A DNA stretch of 54,123 bases from an uncultured Anaerolineales bacterium. Lineage in GTDB: Bacteria; Planctomycetota; Phycisphaerae; FEN-1346. The notes beneath the pieces are model-generated. The model made no database searches, was not told the DNA's origin, and saw only the letters and a program-made list of their open reading frames with translations. The DNA is taken from the NCBI GenBank assembly GCA_964353455.1, contig CAYGWP010000534.1:1-54123 (forward strand), given 5' to 3'. Of the stretch, positions 9,946-18,995 are shown piece by piece; position 1 is the first letter of the stretch, and each line of letters begins with the position of its first letter. Position numbers and translations under genes: made by a program.

Positions 9946-11052
9946 TCACATTTCCACGAGGAGGCGAGGCTCTGCGTCTCCCTCCTCGACCTGTCCCACA
10001 ATGGCACAACCGCATTCCCATCGCCCGGCGGCAGCCTGCCGGAACTTCTCCAGATTATCCGGTGGCAGACAGACGAGCAGGCCGCCCGAAGTCTGCGGAT
10101 CGAAGAGTGCGTCCTGTAGGGCCAGCGGAACCTTCTCGCAGATGCGGACTCGGCCATCCAGAAACCGCCGGTTGGCATAGGCGCCAGCCGGCACCAGCCC
10201 CATCGAGGCGAACTCCAGCGCGTTTTCAAGCAACGGGGCCTGGCCTGCATGGAACCTCATCCGCACACCGCTGGCCTTGGCCATCTGCCAACAGTGCCCG
10301 AGGAGCCCGAAGCCGGTTATGTCGGTGGCCGCGTGGGCGCCGCTCTGAACTGCCGCCTCCGCAGCCGCGCGGTTGAGCGCCGACATCCACCGGTTGCACT
10401 CCTCGACAAGGGACGCTGGAGCAAGCCCGGCCTTGGCGGCGGTAATCGTCAGGCCGGTGCCTAGCGGCTTCGTGAGGATCAAGATGTCGCCCAGTCTTGC
10501 ACCGGCATTGCTGAGGATTTGCCCCGGCTCAACGAGCCCCGCGACCGACAGGCCAAACTTGAGTTGAGGGTCCTCCAAGGTGTGGCCGCCTACGAGCAAC
10601 GCCCCCGCCTCGGTCAACTTCTCGGTGGCGCCTTGGACGATGGCACGGGCCACACCCAATGGAACCTGCTTTGAGGGAAGGCACATCAGGGCAAGCGCCG
10701 TCAGAGGACGCCCCCCCATGGCATAGATATCGCTGAGGGCGTTGGCGGCTGCAATGCGCCCGAAAGTCTCGGGGTCGCTGGCCACCGGCGGGAAGAAGTC
10801 CACCGTTTGCACGAGGAGACAATCATCCCTGAGACGATAGACGGCGGCATCATCAAAGGTAGCAGGACCGATTAAAAGGCGTGGATCGCGCGAGGCGGGG
10901 AGGCCCGATAGGAACTCCCGGAGGTCGGCCGCCGGGAGTTTGGCCCCGCAGCCGCAATGCTCCGTGAGTTGCAGGAGGTCGCACTGGCCCTCAATAGCCA
11001 TGTGGGGTTCTTTCGCCGGGCCGCCGCGGCCGGGCATCTTGTGGTCATTCAC
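9946..11052 (-). CDS. selD: selenophosphate synthetase (Cys form)
   Basis: N-terminal LTEHCGCGAKLP motif and an AIR-synthase-like body (DAAV..., GGHT...). An alternative start lies at 11001. Confidence 0.9.
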   Translation of the reverse strand: MNDHKMPGRGGPAKEPHMAIEGQCDLLQLTEHCGCGAKLPAADLREFLSGLPASRDPRLLIGPATFDDAAVYRLRDDCLLVQTVDFFPPVASDPETFGRIAAANALSDIYAMGGRPLTALALMCLPSKQVPLGVARAIVQGATEKLTEAGALLVGGHTLEDPQLKFGLSVAGLVEPGQILSNAGARLGDILILTKPLGTGLTITAAKAGLAPASLVEECNRWMSALNRAAAEAAVQSGAHAATDITGFGLLGHCWQMAKASGVRMRFHAGQAPLLENALEFASMGLVPAGAYANRRFLDGRVRICEKVPLALQDALFDPQTSGGLLVCLPPDNLEKFRQAAAGRWECGCAIVGQVEEGDAEPRLLVEM

Positions 11053-11398
11053 AACAGGCGCATCGTGTAGAAGATGAGCATTGCCCTTGCCTCTTGCATT
11101 CCCCCTTCAGAGTCCCACCTGCACGCACAACAATACCGTATGGTCGGCCTGCCCGCAAGAGGGTCGGAACCGAGCGCGTCATGCCGCGTATGCATGCTTG
11201 CCGCCCCTTGTGCGGCTTTCTGATCTCGCAGCAACCAGCGCGCCCACAACATAACACGCGCAGGCGATACCATCTGCGAAGAGCAGCACGGAGCCAGGAT
11301 GGATGTAACAGGTCAAGTACGCGGGGAACCGGCGAACGGTGTGCCCCGTCCCCCGCCGACCCACTGATAAACGAGCGCGGCCGCCCGAGTGGAGCCAA

Positions 11399-11433
11399 CC
11401 ATGAAACGCCGCGCGGCGTTTGGGCATTCATGG
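11399..11433 (-). terminator. GC-rich nested hairpin downstream of the radical SAM gene (possible terminator or structured element)
   Basis: CCATGAA...TTCATGG encloses the perfect palindrome AAACGCCGCGCGGCGTTT (11404-11421). No U-run follows on the minus strand. Confidence 0.3.
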
Positions 11434-11479
11434 CTTGCTCAGATCAATCTTGCGAGTAAAGAGCATCGGTCCTGGCCCG

Positions 11480-12523
11480 CTACGGCCGCTGCAACATGTA
11501 CGCCAGCGTCAGCGGTACGCTTGTCCCATCACCTCGTTGAAGAGCGTCGAACCCGGCCTCGTAAAGCATCTTGCGACAGGCCGCCATGTCAAGGCCGCGG
11601 TGCTTCTCGGTCTGGAGTTCGGTGTCGCGCGGATTTGCCCCGCTCTCGGCATAGACGACGTTGGCGCCAGCCGCCAGCCCCAGCAGGTTTGGCTCGTGCA
11701 CGGCGATGTTCTTCGTTTCCGGACAGCCAACGCTCGCCAGCGTCACGACGGCAACGATCTCGGCCAGACGGCGCTCGGTGATCTGTCCGTTTGGGCCTAG
11801 CGGCATACCTGGCACATAGACGCGGCGCATCGCTGCGTGCTGGAAGCACCCGTACTCAATCCCCAGGAACATCTGGTCCACGAGTTCCTCCGGGTGATGC
11901 TCCGGGCCGATAGGTTCGCAGCAGTAGTAGAAGTCAAGCCCAGCGTCCTTGATGGCGCGGAAGGTCCGTCTTCTCGCTTGAGGGTCCAGCGACGTGTCTT
12001 GCCCTTCCCGCAAACGACAGACATGGTAGGCCCCATTGACGCCCGCCTCGCTCATCCGGCGGGCTTGCGTCAGATCGAAGTCACCCACATTAACCACAAC
12101 CTGCGTGTGGGAAGGGATCTCTTGCCGGACGGCCGCCACAGTCTCCAACAGCCAGTCCAGGTCAAACTCGTGCATCGTCATCAGAAACAGCGCATACAGG
12201 TCGCCGCCGGCCGCGAAGGCGCGAGCGCGCCGAAGGATCTCATCGAGTGTCAGCCGCTCGGACTCCATGTTGGAGTGGTCTTTCCCGAAGACACAGAACC
12301 CGCAATTGCCCGGGCACGGCGCCGTCTCAATGCCAATCTGTCCGAGCAACATGGCGCGGTTGGTGAAACGCCGGCGCGAAACGCTATCGGCTACCGCCAT
12401 GAGAACCGCCGTCTCCAGCGTGTTCGCCGGTAGGCCCAGCAGGTAAACGCAGTCCCCTCGAGTAGGCGCGGAACCGTCCACGGACTTGCGCAGAATCCGA
12501 TCCAGCCTTTCCGGAAGATGCAT
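11480..12523 (-). CDS. radical SAM protein, BioB/HydE-like layout (paralog of 32123-33268)
   Basis: CPGNCGFC (CxxxCxxC) about 75 aa from the start, with AGGAGA upstream of the ATG at 12523. It aligns along its length with the 32123 protein (shared YHVCRLREG and CEPIGPEH). Confidence 0.75.
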   Translation of the reverse strand: MHLPERLDRILRKSVDGSAPTRGDCVYLLGLPANTLETAVLMAVADSVSRRRFTNRAMLLGQIGIETAPCPGNCGFCVFGKDHSNMESERLTLDEILRRARAFAAGGDLYALFLMTMHEFDLDWLLETVAAVRQEIPSHTQVVVNVGDFDLTQARRMSEAGVNGAYHVCRLREGQDTSLDPQARRRTFRAIKDAGLDFYYCCEPIGPEHHPEELVDQMFLGIEYGCFQHAAMRRVYVPGMPLGPNGQITERRLAEIVAVVTLASVGCPETKNIAVHEPNLLGLAAGANVVYAESGANPRDTELQTEKHRGLDMAACRKMLYEAGFDALQRGDGTSVPLTLAYMLQRP

Positions 12524-12612
12524 CGCGATATCTCCTCTTGCGAGTGTCCAACACAACCCCGGGGCGCGAGTTCGTGCCGCACGCGTGGCCTTTCCCTTAC
12601 CAACGAAGGCCT

Positions 12613-13023
12613 TTATCGCTTCTGGCGGATACGGTCCACTTCGATGACGACGCGGTCGGCGACAAGTTTTACAGCAGCAAGTTCCGCCTCGGTGAGCCCC
12701 CGGCGGGCCTCGCGTTTCACCCTAAGCCCCTTGCCTCTGATGGCCTCCAGAACGGAGACGGTAGCCGCCGGCGCGCCGCCCCTGGTCGCCAAGGCGTGTG
12801 TCGCACAGGATTCCTTGCACCCCTCGATGACGACCACGGGACACTCGGCGACCATGTCAAGGTCTTCCTGCACCCCCTTGACCAGGGCGGGCAGGCAGAC
12901 CAGCACCGTCTCGCCCGGGCGCAGGTCCTCGCAGACCCGGTAGGCCGCCTGGCGGGCTATGGCGCCGACGACCTGCCCGACGCCCGTGCAGGGGAGGATG
13001 GCGGCTTTGCCTTTGAGAGTCAC
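12613..13023 (-). CDS. DGC-domain putative zinc-binding protein
   Basis: LPCTGVGQVVGAIARQAA...VVVIEGCKESC. The GTG start at 13023 overlaps the PadR stop codon (GTGA). Confidence 0.6.
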   Translation of the reverse strand: MTLKGKAAILPCTGVGQVVGAIARQAAYRVCEDLRPGETVLVCLPALVKGVQEDLDMVAECPVVVIEGCKESCATHALATRGGAPAATVSVLEAIRGKGLRVKREARRGLTEAELAAVKLVADRVVIEVDRIRQKR

Positions 13024-13361
13024 TTTCTCCCCTTGTCCCGCTCTCTCGGTTGCCTGGCCCGCTCGGCCGACGCTTGCCGGGCGGCGGCCAGCAGCCTTCC
13101 AATCGCCCGGTGGTAATCCGTGAGAGTCTCGACCCAGCGGCCGAGGCACTGGCGGCCTTCAGGGGTCAGCCGGTACAGCCTCTTGGCGGGGCCGCTGTTA
13201 GAGAGGTCCCAAGAGGAGACAACGAGCCCTCGCTTCTCCATGATGCGAAGCATGCGGTAAACGCCCGTCGGGTCGGGGCGGCTCCCGCCCAGCAGGGGCG
13301 TCTTCGCCAGCCGCTGCACAATCCGGTAGCCATGCAGCGGGCCGCCGGCCAGGAGGGTCAT
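13020..13361 (-). CDS. PadR-family transcriptional regulator (true N-terminus probably further upstream)
   Basis: LLAGGPLHGYRIVQRL...GLVVSSW...KRLYRLTPEG. The first ATG falls inside the expected first helix, and the frame stays open upstream to 13454. Confidence 0.7.
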   Translation of the reverse strand: MTLLAGGPLHGYRIVQRLAKTPLLGGSRPDPTGVYRMLRIMEKRGLVVSSWDLSNSGPAKRLYRLTPEGRQCLGRWVETLTDYHRAIGRLLAAARQASAERARQPRERDKGRK

Positions 13362-13554
13362 TATCGCCGGCTGAATCAGTCTGGCCAGCGTTGCCCCCGA
13401 GCACGGGCACTCGTCCCAGTCTGCCTTCGGAGATCGTCTGCTAGTGGATATTGTCTATTACCTCCGCGGCTGATGCTACCTGCTCGCGGCGGCTTGTCAA
13501 TCGTAAAGCGCGGGCTTCCCGGCCCAGGGCCGCGCCGGCCCTGTCGCCGGCCGG

Positions 13555-14322
13555 TCAGGGGAAGGTCGCTTGCACCGCCGCACCGAGAGTCCAAGTGATG
13601 TGCATATGCGATCCGAACGCGGCGGCGATGTTGTCCGCGGTCAGCACGCTTGGTGCGGAGCCCTCGGCGAGAGTCCGCCCCCCTGCCATCAGCACAGCAG
13701 TGTCCACGTATAGCGGCGCGACAAGGAGGTCGTGACAGACCATGAGGACGGCCAGGCCCTCGGCGGCCAGCGTGCGCACCAGCCGGTAGAGTTCCAGTTG
13801 ATGTGCGATGTCCAGGTGCAGGGCCGGCTCGTCCAGCAGGAGAACGCGGCCCTCCTGGGCCAGGGCGCGGGCAATGACAACCCGCTGCCGCTCACCGCCG
13901 CTGAGGTTTGAGAAGGGGCGATTCGCAAAGTCGGCCACGTTCATTCGCCGCAGGCAGGATTGGACGATCTCTGTGTCTTCCGGCGATTCCTGACCCCAGG
14001 CATCCCAGCGGGCGTAGCGACCGAGCATGACCATCTGGGCCGCCGTGAATGGCACATCAAGTGGGGTGTCCTGTGGCACGACGGCGACCTGGCGGGCGAC
14101 CTCGCGCGGCGTCATGTTGCCGACATTGCTGCCGCCGAGCATCACGCGACCCAACTGCGGCCGCAGCGACCCGTTCATGCAACGCAGGAGCGTGCTCTTG
14201 CCGCACCCGTTAGGGCCGAAGAGGGCCGTGACGCGGCCGGGCGCCACCTCCAACGTCACGTTACGGAGAACGGGATCTCGGGGGTCGTAGCCGAACGTGA
14301 TGTTTTCAGCCCGCAGGTTCAT
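13555..14322 (-). CDS. ABC transporter ATPase, FepC/BtuD-type
   Basis: Walker A GPNGCGKST, signature LSGGERQR, Walker B LLLDEP. Confidence 0.9.
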   Translation of the reverse strand: MNLRAENITFGYDPRDPVLRNVTLEVAPGRVTALFGPNGCGKSTLLRCMNGSLRPQLGRVMLGGSNVGNMTPREVARQVAVVPQDTPLDVPFTAAQMVMLGRYARWDAWGQESPEDTEIVQSCLRRMNVADFANRPFSNLSGGERQRVVIARALAQEGRVLLLDEPALHLDIAHQLELYRLVRTLAAEGLAVLMVCHDLLVAPLYVDTAVLMAGGRTLAEGSAPSVLTADNIAAAFGSHMHITWTLGAAVQATFP

Positions 14323-15347
14323 GCCGCAGGCCTCCCGATGCCGCGCCGCTGCAAGAGCCAGAGAAAGACCGGCGCCCCCACGAGGGCAGTGAGAATGCCG
14401 ACCGGCACCTCGGCCGGGGCGGCAACCGTGCGGGCCAGCGTGTCGGCCACAAGCAGCAGCAGAGCGCCGCCGACGGCACAGGCCGGCACAAGCCCGCGAT
14501 GGCCGGCGCCGATGGCCATGCGCAGAAGGTGAGGCACAATCAGTCCGACGAATCCGATCACGCCCGTGAGGCTGACCGCGACCGATGTGGTGGCGGCCAC
14601 GAGGATCAGAAGCCCGTTCTGCAAACGCCGGACGTTCACGCCCAGGTCCCTGGCCGACCGTTCGCCCACCAGGGCCACGTCCATCGCCGGCGCCAGGAAC
14701 ACCAGCGCCGTGAAGCAAGCGGCCGTCGCGGGAGCCATCACGAGCGCGTCCCGCCACGCGGACTGCCACAGGCCGCCCATCAGCCAGAAGACGAGGGTCT
14801 GCAAGCGTTCGCCGGCCAGGTACAGCGCTGCCGCCGTCAGGGCCGAGCAGAACGCGCTGACGGCAATCCCCGCCAAGAGGAGCGACTGCCCGAAGTGGCC
14901 TCCCCGGCGGGCCAGGATAAAGACCGCGGCCGTGACGGCCAGTCCGGTTGCCACGCTGAAGACCGGCACGGCAGCGAATCCGATCACTCTTCCCACGAGG
15001 AGCATCCCGAAGACGGCCCCGACCGCCGCGCCGCTCGAGACGCCCATGACGTAAGGGCTGGCCAGGGGGTTGCGAAAGAGCGTCTGCGATGCCAAGCCAG
15101 CGAGTCCCATTGCCGCGCCCACCGCCAAGGCCAGGATGATCCGCGGAAGCCGCGTCTCGAAGAGTATCCGCCCGGTCACATCATCCGGCGTTTGGCCGCC
15201 CAGAACCTGCCAGCACTGACGCAGGACCTCCTGGGGCGAGATCGCCGCCCCGCCGACCATGAGCGCCACGAAGGCCGCGAGCAGTGTGGCGGCTCCCAGG
15301 ATGATCAGGACCTGCCGCGGCGATAGGATGTGGGTTTCGTGGGCCAT
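14319..15347 (-). CDS. FecCD/BtuC-type ABC permease
   Basis: ETRLPRIILALAVGAAMGLAG...NPLASPYVMGVSSGAA. ATGA overlap with the ATPase gene. Confidence 0.9.
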   Translation of the reverse strand: MAHETHILSPRQVLIILGAATLLAAFVALMVGGAAISPQEVLRQCWQVLGGQTPDDVTGRILFETRLPRIILALAVGAAMGLAGLASQTLFRNPLASPYVMGVSSGAAVGAVFGMLLVGRVIGFAAVPVFSVATGLAVTAAVFILARRGGHFGQSLLLAGIAVSAFCSALTAAALYLAGERLQTLVFWLMGGLWQSAWRDALVMAPATAACFTALVFLAPAMDVALVGERSARDLGVNVRRLQNGLLILVAATTSVAVSLTGVIGFVGLIVPHLLRMAIGAGHRGLVPACAVGGALLLLVADTLARTVAAPAEVPVGILTALVGAPVFLWLLQRRGIGRPAA

Positions 15348-15355
15348 CGCTTGGG

Positions 15356-16093
15356 CTACGCGATCTCTCGGACGACGAACCGGTCGTCGCGGGCCGAGAG
15401 GTCCAGCGCCTGCTCGCTCGTCAGGTGCGAACTGGCAACCTGGGCGAGGTGCTTGCGGCACGCATCCACGGCCGCCGCCATCTGCTCCTCGGTCGGACGC
15501 GCGTACGGCTGCCCCGGCACGGGGATGTATCCCATGATGTGCAGCGGGATGTCGCGGCTGAGCGCGGCCAACCATGCGGCAATGGCCTCCACCTGGTCAA
15601 GGTCCACGAGGCCCGGTACGTACACGACGTTGGCCCGCAACTCCATGCCGGCGTGAAAGGCCGCGGCGAAGTTCTCGAAGATCGGCCCCTTCTCGCGGCC
15701 CGTGTAGGCAAGGTGGACCTTCTCATCCCACGCCTTGAGGCCCACGTTCGCCCCGTCGAGGTTGGGCAGGGGCAGGCGGCTGCCGTTCGTGTGGCCCAGG
15801 AAGGTCCGGGCATTCAGTTCGTTCTTGGCGAACTCAAGGATCACGGGCAGTTCGGAAGCAACCGTTGGCTCACCGCCCATGAAGTAGACCTTGTCCACAG
15901 CGACCGAATTCAGGGCGTAGCGGACCTGGCAAGGGGTGAGGAACCGCTCGGGCTTGGGATGGGCCTGCCCGGAGTGTCCGTCGGGGCCGCTGCGCAGTTT
16001 GTAACTGCACACCGGGCACCGGAACGTACACCCGAAGTTGTGGACCGTCGCAAAGTGGTACTTCTCGTGGTAGGTGACTTTGTAGAACGCCAT
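15356..16093 (-). CDS. small radical SAM protein (PflA/NrdG activase-like class)
   Basis: FGCTFRCPVCSY (CxxxCxxC) at residues ~21-28; 245 aa. It sits between the binding-protein and permease genes. Confidence 0.75.
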   Translation of the reverse strand: MAFYKVTYHEKYHFATVHNFGCTFRCPVCSYKLRSGPDGHSGQAHPKPERFLTPCQVRYALNSVAVDKVYFMGGEPTVASELPVILEFAKNELNARTFLGHTNGSRLPLPNLDGANVGLKAWDEKVHLAYTGREKGPIFENFAAAFHAGMELRANVVYVPGLVDLDQVEAIAAWLAALSRDIPLHIMGYIPVPGQPYARPTEEQMAAAVDACRKHLAQVASSHLTSEQALDLSARDDRFVVREIA

Positions 16094-16095
16094 GT

Positions 16096-17022
16096 TTACC
16101 GCCGTTCTTGTCGTGAGACGCCGGCAAGGGTGCTGTGAATCTCCGCTACGGCTTCGGGAAGGTGCGGGCCGGCCACAAGCCATCGCCGGTCAACCGGGAA
16201 AATGCGCCCCAGCCGCACGGCCGTCAGGCCGGCCATGCCGGGGCGGCTGGCGACTTCGCCGGCGTCGGCGAAACCCTCGGCAAACAGGATCACGTCCGGG
16301 TCGGCCTGGATGAGCCGCTCGGCCGAGAGCAGGGCCTTCCCGGTGATATCGCCGGCGATGTTGTCCGCGCCAGCCAGTGCCAGCAGGTCGCTCATGTACG
16401 AGTCGCGGCCGACGGTCCTGAAGGGGCCGTAGAGTTCCAGGTACACGCGCGGTCTGCCGGCTGGCAACGGGAGGCCCGATGCGGCGCGGTCAAGAAACTC
16501 CTCTACGCCCCGGGCCAGGGGCTCGGCCGCCTTCCGCCGGTTCAGGCACTCGCCGACCAAGCGGATCATGGGCGGGATTTCTGCGGCGCGATCGGTGCGA
16601 ACCCGCACGACTGGCACTGAAAGCCCCTTCAACATCGCGGCGGCATCGTCCTGATACCACCACACAAACGCCAAATCGATGCCGAGCGCCAGCACCGCCT
16701 CGCGCGAGATGGCGCTGCCCTTGCCGACAACCTGCGCGCGTTCCACGCCCGGCACGACGCGGCCGTACTCGTCAATTGCCGCAAGGCGGGCGGCTTCCCC
16801 CAAGACTGCCAGCGTGTCGTTGGCCGAGGTGCAGAGGCTCAGGATGCGGGCGGGGTCGGCCGACACGCGGACCGTGCGCCCTGTCATATCGACGACCTCG
16901 CGGCCGGATTCCTCGATCACAGGCGCTGGCGTCTCGGCGCTCCGTGCCGCCAGCCACACGGCCCCGACCAGCATCAGCACCGAGGCTCCGGCCGCCAAGA
17001 TGACCTGGGCCTTGCGGCTCAC
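16096..17022 (-). CDS. periplasmic binding protein, FecB/BtuF-type (class III)
   Basis: The GTG start at 17022 overlaps the upstream stop codon (GTGA). Hydrophobic N-terminus followed by RILSLCTSANDTLAVLG...DPDVILF. Confidence 0.8.
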   Translation of the reverse strand: MSRKAQVILAAGASVLMLVGAVWLAARSAETPAPVIEESGREVVDMTGRTVRVSADPARILSLCTSANDTLAVLGEAARLAAIDEYGRVVPGVERAQVVGKGSAISREAVLALGIDLAFVWWYQDDAAAMLKGLSVPVVRVRTDRAAEIPPMIRLVGECLNRRKAAEPLARGVEEFLDRAASGLPLPAGRPRVYLELYGPFRTVGRDSYMSDLLALAGADNIAGDITGKALLSAERLIQADPDVILFAEGFADAGEVASRPGMAGLTAVRLGRIFPVDRRWLVAGPHLPEAVAEIHSTLAGVSRQERR

Positions 17023-18050
17023 GCCTTCACCTTCTTCCTGCGAAGGATCGCCGCGGCGCCCAGCGCCAGCAGGCCGAGGGTGGCAGGCTCGGGCAGCGGG
17101 TGCATGACTTCCAGCAGACTGATGTTCGGACGCAGGTAGCCTTCGCCCGACGCCCCGACATCCGCCGAGGCGACGCTGTAGCGGACCGTGGAGGAACCGG
17201 TCAGGTAACTCGTGACGTCGTATGCATGATTGCTCGGCCCGTAATCCAGCGACGTGCCGAGGGCGATGTCGTTCGCCGCGTCGCCCAGCGCGTGGCCGTT
17301 GAAGTAGAGTTGGTCCTCCTCCCCGGTTGTACCGTGCGTGTACCCGGCGACATAGGTTGCGGCCATCAGGTCGGCCGTGTCGAGGCCGGTGAAGGTCAGC
17401 GAGCGCTGGGCCGGCGAGTTGTTGGTGCCGGGGGTCTTGCGGATTGTGCCGTCGGCCTCGGCCAGATAATAGTCCAACGTCTGGTTGATGCCGGGGTCGG
17501 TGTAAACGGCGACCAGGCTGGCGCACGCCGTCCGGCCGTCGAAGCCGCTGCCGCCGGGGTCAGAGACCGTAAAACTCAAGATGTTGGCCGTGCCGTCCGT
17601 ATGAAGCAGACCACCGACGCCGCTGTAGGCCACCTGCCACATGCCCGACCCCGTGCCATAGACACAGGTCTTGGTGGCATCAAAGGTGGGGTTGTCGTCG
17701 GCGTTGTAACCCTTGATGTTGACCACGCCCAGGGAGGTGCCATTGAGTGTCGCCGAGACCGTGCTGGTGTAGTTGCGTGTGCCGCCCCAGATGTCCAGGT
17801 AGAGCCGGGCGAACCGTATGTCCTGGCATGCGGACAGGGTGAAACTCGTATTGACCTGGGTATCCAGCCCCGAAACTCCCCAGGTGGGATCCGTCAGGTA
17901 ACTGACCGCCCCATGTTCCACCCCCTGTTCGGACTTGACCACTTGGAGGTCATAGCCCGGCTGCATGTATCCGGCCAACGCCGGCCCCGTCGCCGCCAGC
18001 AAGAATGACAGCGCCAGCGCCACCAAGAAACCCCTCCACGGCTTCAGCAT
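17019..18050 (-). CDS. secreted PEP-CTERM-anchored protein (possibly DUF3344-like)
   Basis: Signal peptide and a C-terminal PLPEPATLGLLALGAAAILRRKK. Confidence 0.75.
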   Translation of the reverse strand: MLKPWRGFLVALALSFLLAATGPALAGYMQPGYDLQVVKSEQGVEHGAVSYLTDPTWGVSGLDTQVNTSFTLSACQDIRFARLYLDIWGGTRNYTSTVSATLNGTSLGVVNIKGYNADDNPTFDATKTCVYGTGSGMWQVAYSGVGGLLHTDGTANILSFTVSDPGGSGFDGRTACASLVAVYTDPGINQTLDYYLAEADGTIRKTPGTNNSPAQRSLTFTGLDTADLMAATYVAGYTHGTTGEEDQLYFNGHALGDAANDIALGTSLDYGPSNHAYDVTSYLTGSSTVRYSVASADVGASGEGYLRPNISLLEVMHPLPEPATLGLLALGAAAILRRKKVKA

Positions 18051-18125
18051 GACTTGTCCTCCTCCGAGACGGTACTGCCCTTGTTTCCCCTCTCACCCCG
18101 CCGCGTTGGCGGAGATTCGGTGGGT

Positions 18126-18827
18126 TCAGTTCCTCAGCGAGGCATCCCAATCGCTCTGCGTCGTGGACTTCAGGGCGTCGGCGTGTCCGTCGCAGAAGAC
18201 CGCGCAGAACGCCCCGCCGGCGTGGCGATAGTCCACCCCCGGCACGGGGTCCTTGAACTTCTTGCCCCCGCCGCAGTAGTACTTGCCGGGCGTGCAGTCG
18301 GCGATGAGGATCACCCGCGACGACTGCCGCACATCGGTGGCCGAGACGCCGTACCAGAAGCAGTAACGCTCGCCCGCGAAGTTGAAGCAGTTCATGCCGT
18401 AACTCATCGTGATGTTGGGGTCCCAGGGAAGTGGGACCTGTTGCCGATCCTCGGGGCAGCGGTACACGTCGCATTTCTTGTCTAGGTACGGCTTCAGCAC
18501 GTCCATCCAGCGGCACGTGTCGCCCTTCCACGTCGGCGGATAGAACCCCGACTGGCACTTGTACTGGTGCACCGCCAGGCCGATCTGCCGCAGGTTGTTC
18601 AGGCACGAGGTTTCGTTGGCAACGGCCATCGCGTAGCCCAGTGCGGGCAACAACAGCCCGGCCAGAACACCCACGATCGCCAGGACCACGAGCAGCTCCA
18701 CCAACGTGAAGCCTCTTCTCCCGACATGAGCCCCGTAATAGACGCAGCACCGCTGCCGGATGACCCCGGCTTGGGTGGGCGCAGGAATCGGACAGGGTTG
18801 CACAAGATGACCTTCACACGGTGGCAC
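18126..18827 (-). CDS. prepilin-type N-terminal domain protein, DUF1559 / H-X9-DG class
   Basis: [27 protein letters not shown] and a C-terminal [13 protein letters not shown] motif. The start is uncertain because the leader is unusually long. Confidence 0.75.
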   Translation of the reverse strand: MPPCEGHLVQPCPIPAPTQAGVIRQRCCVYYGAHVGRRGFTLVELLVVLAIVGVLAGLLLPALGYAMAVANETSCLNNLRQIGLAVHQYKCQSGFYPPTWKGDTCRWMDVLKPYLDKKCDVYRCPEDRQQVPLPWDPNITMSYGMNCFNFAGERYCFWYGVSATDVRQSSRVILIADCTPGKYYCGGGKKFKDPVPGVDYRHAGGAFCAVFCDGHADALKSTTQSDWDASLRN

Positions 18828-18842
18828 GCGCGTCCCCCGAGG

Positions 18843-18885
18843 GTAACACGATTGTTATAATCGTAACACGACCGACTGTAACACG
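18843..18885. promoter_or_regulatory. three direct GTAACACG repeats interleaved with TGTTA/TAACA inverted arms; candidate Zur/Fur-family operator
   Basis: GTAACACG at 18843, 18863 and 18878. TGTTATAAT (18853-18861) is an extended -10-like element and resembles a Zur-box half site. The element lies in the divergent region upstream of the ZnuA/FeoB operon. Confidence 0.4.
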
Positions 18886-18902
18886 TCAGCGGAGAGAACA
18901 CA

Positions 18903-18932
18903 AGCATAAAAAGACGCAGCATAAAAAGACGC
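18903..18932. repeat. perfect 15-bp tandem duplication AGCATAAAAAGACGC x2
   Basis: Read directly from the sequence. It lies immediately upstream of the -35 element at 18943. Confidence 0.8.
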
Positions 18933-18942
18933 GGTCAGGGTA

Positions 18943-18971
18943 TTGACAGACGGCGCCCCCGGAGACACAAT
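18943..18971 (+). promoter_or_regulatory. sigma-70-like promoter (TTGACA, 17-nt spacer, CACAAT)
   Basis: Consensus -35 at 18943-18948, a 17-nt spacer, and a weak -10 at 18966-18971. It sits about 25 nt upstream of the ATG at 18996. Confidence 0.45.
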
Positions 18972-18995
18972 GCTCACGGCACGACGGGTGGCTGG

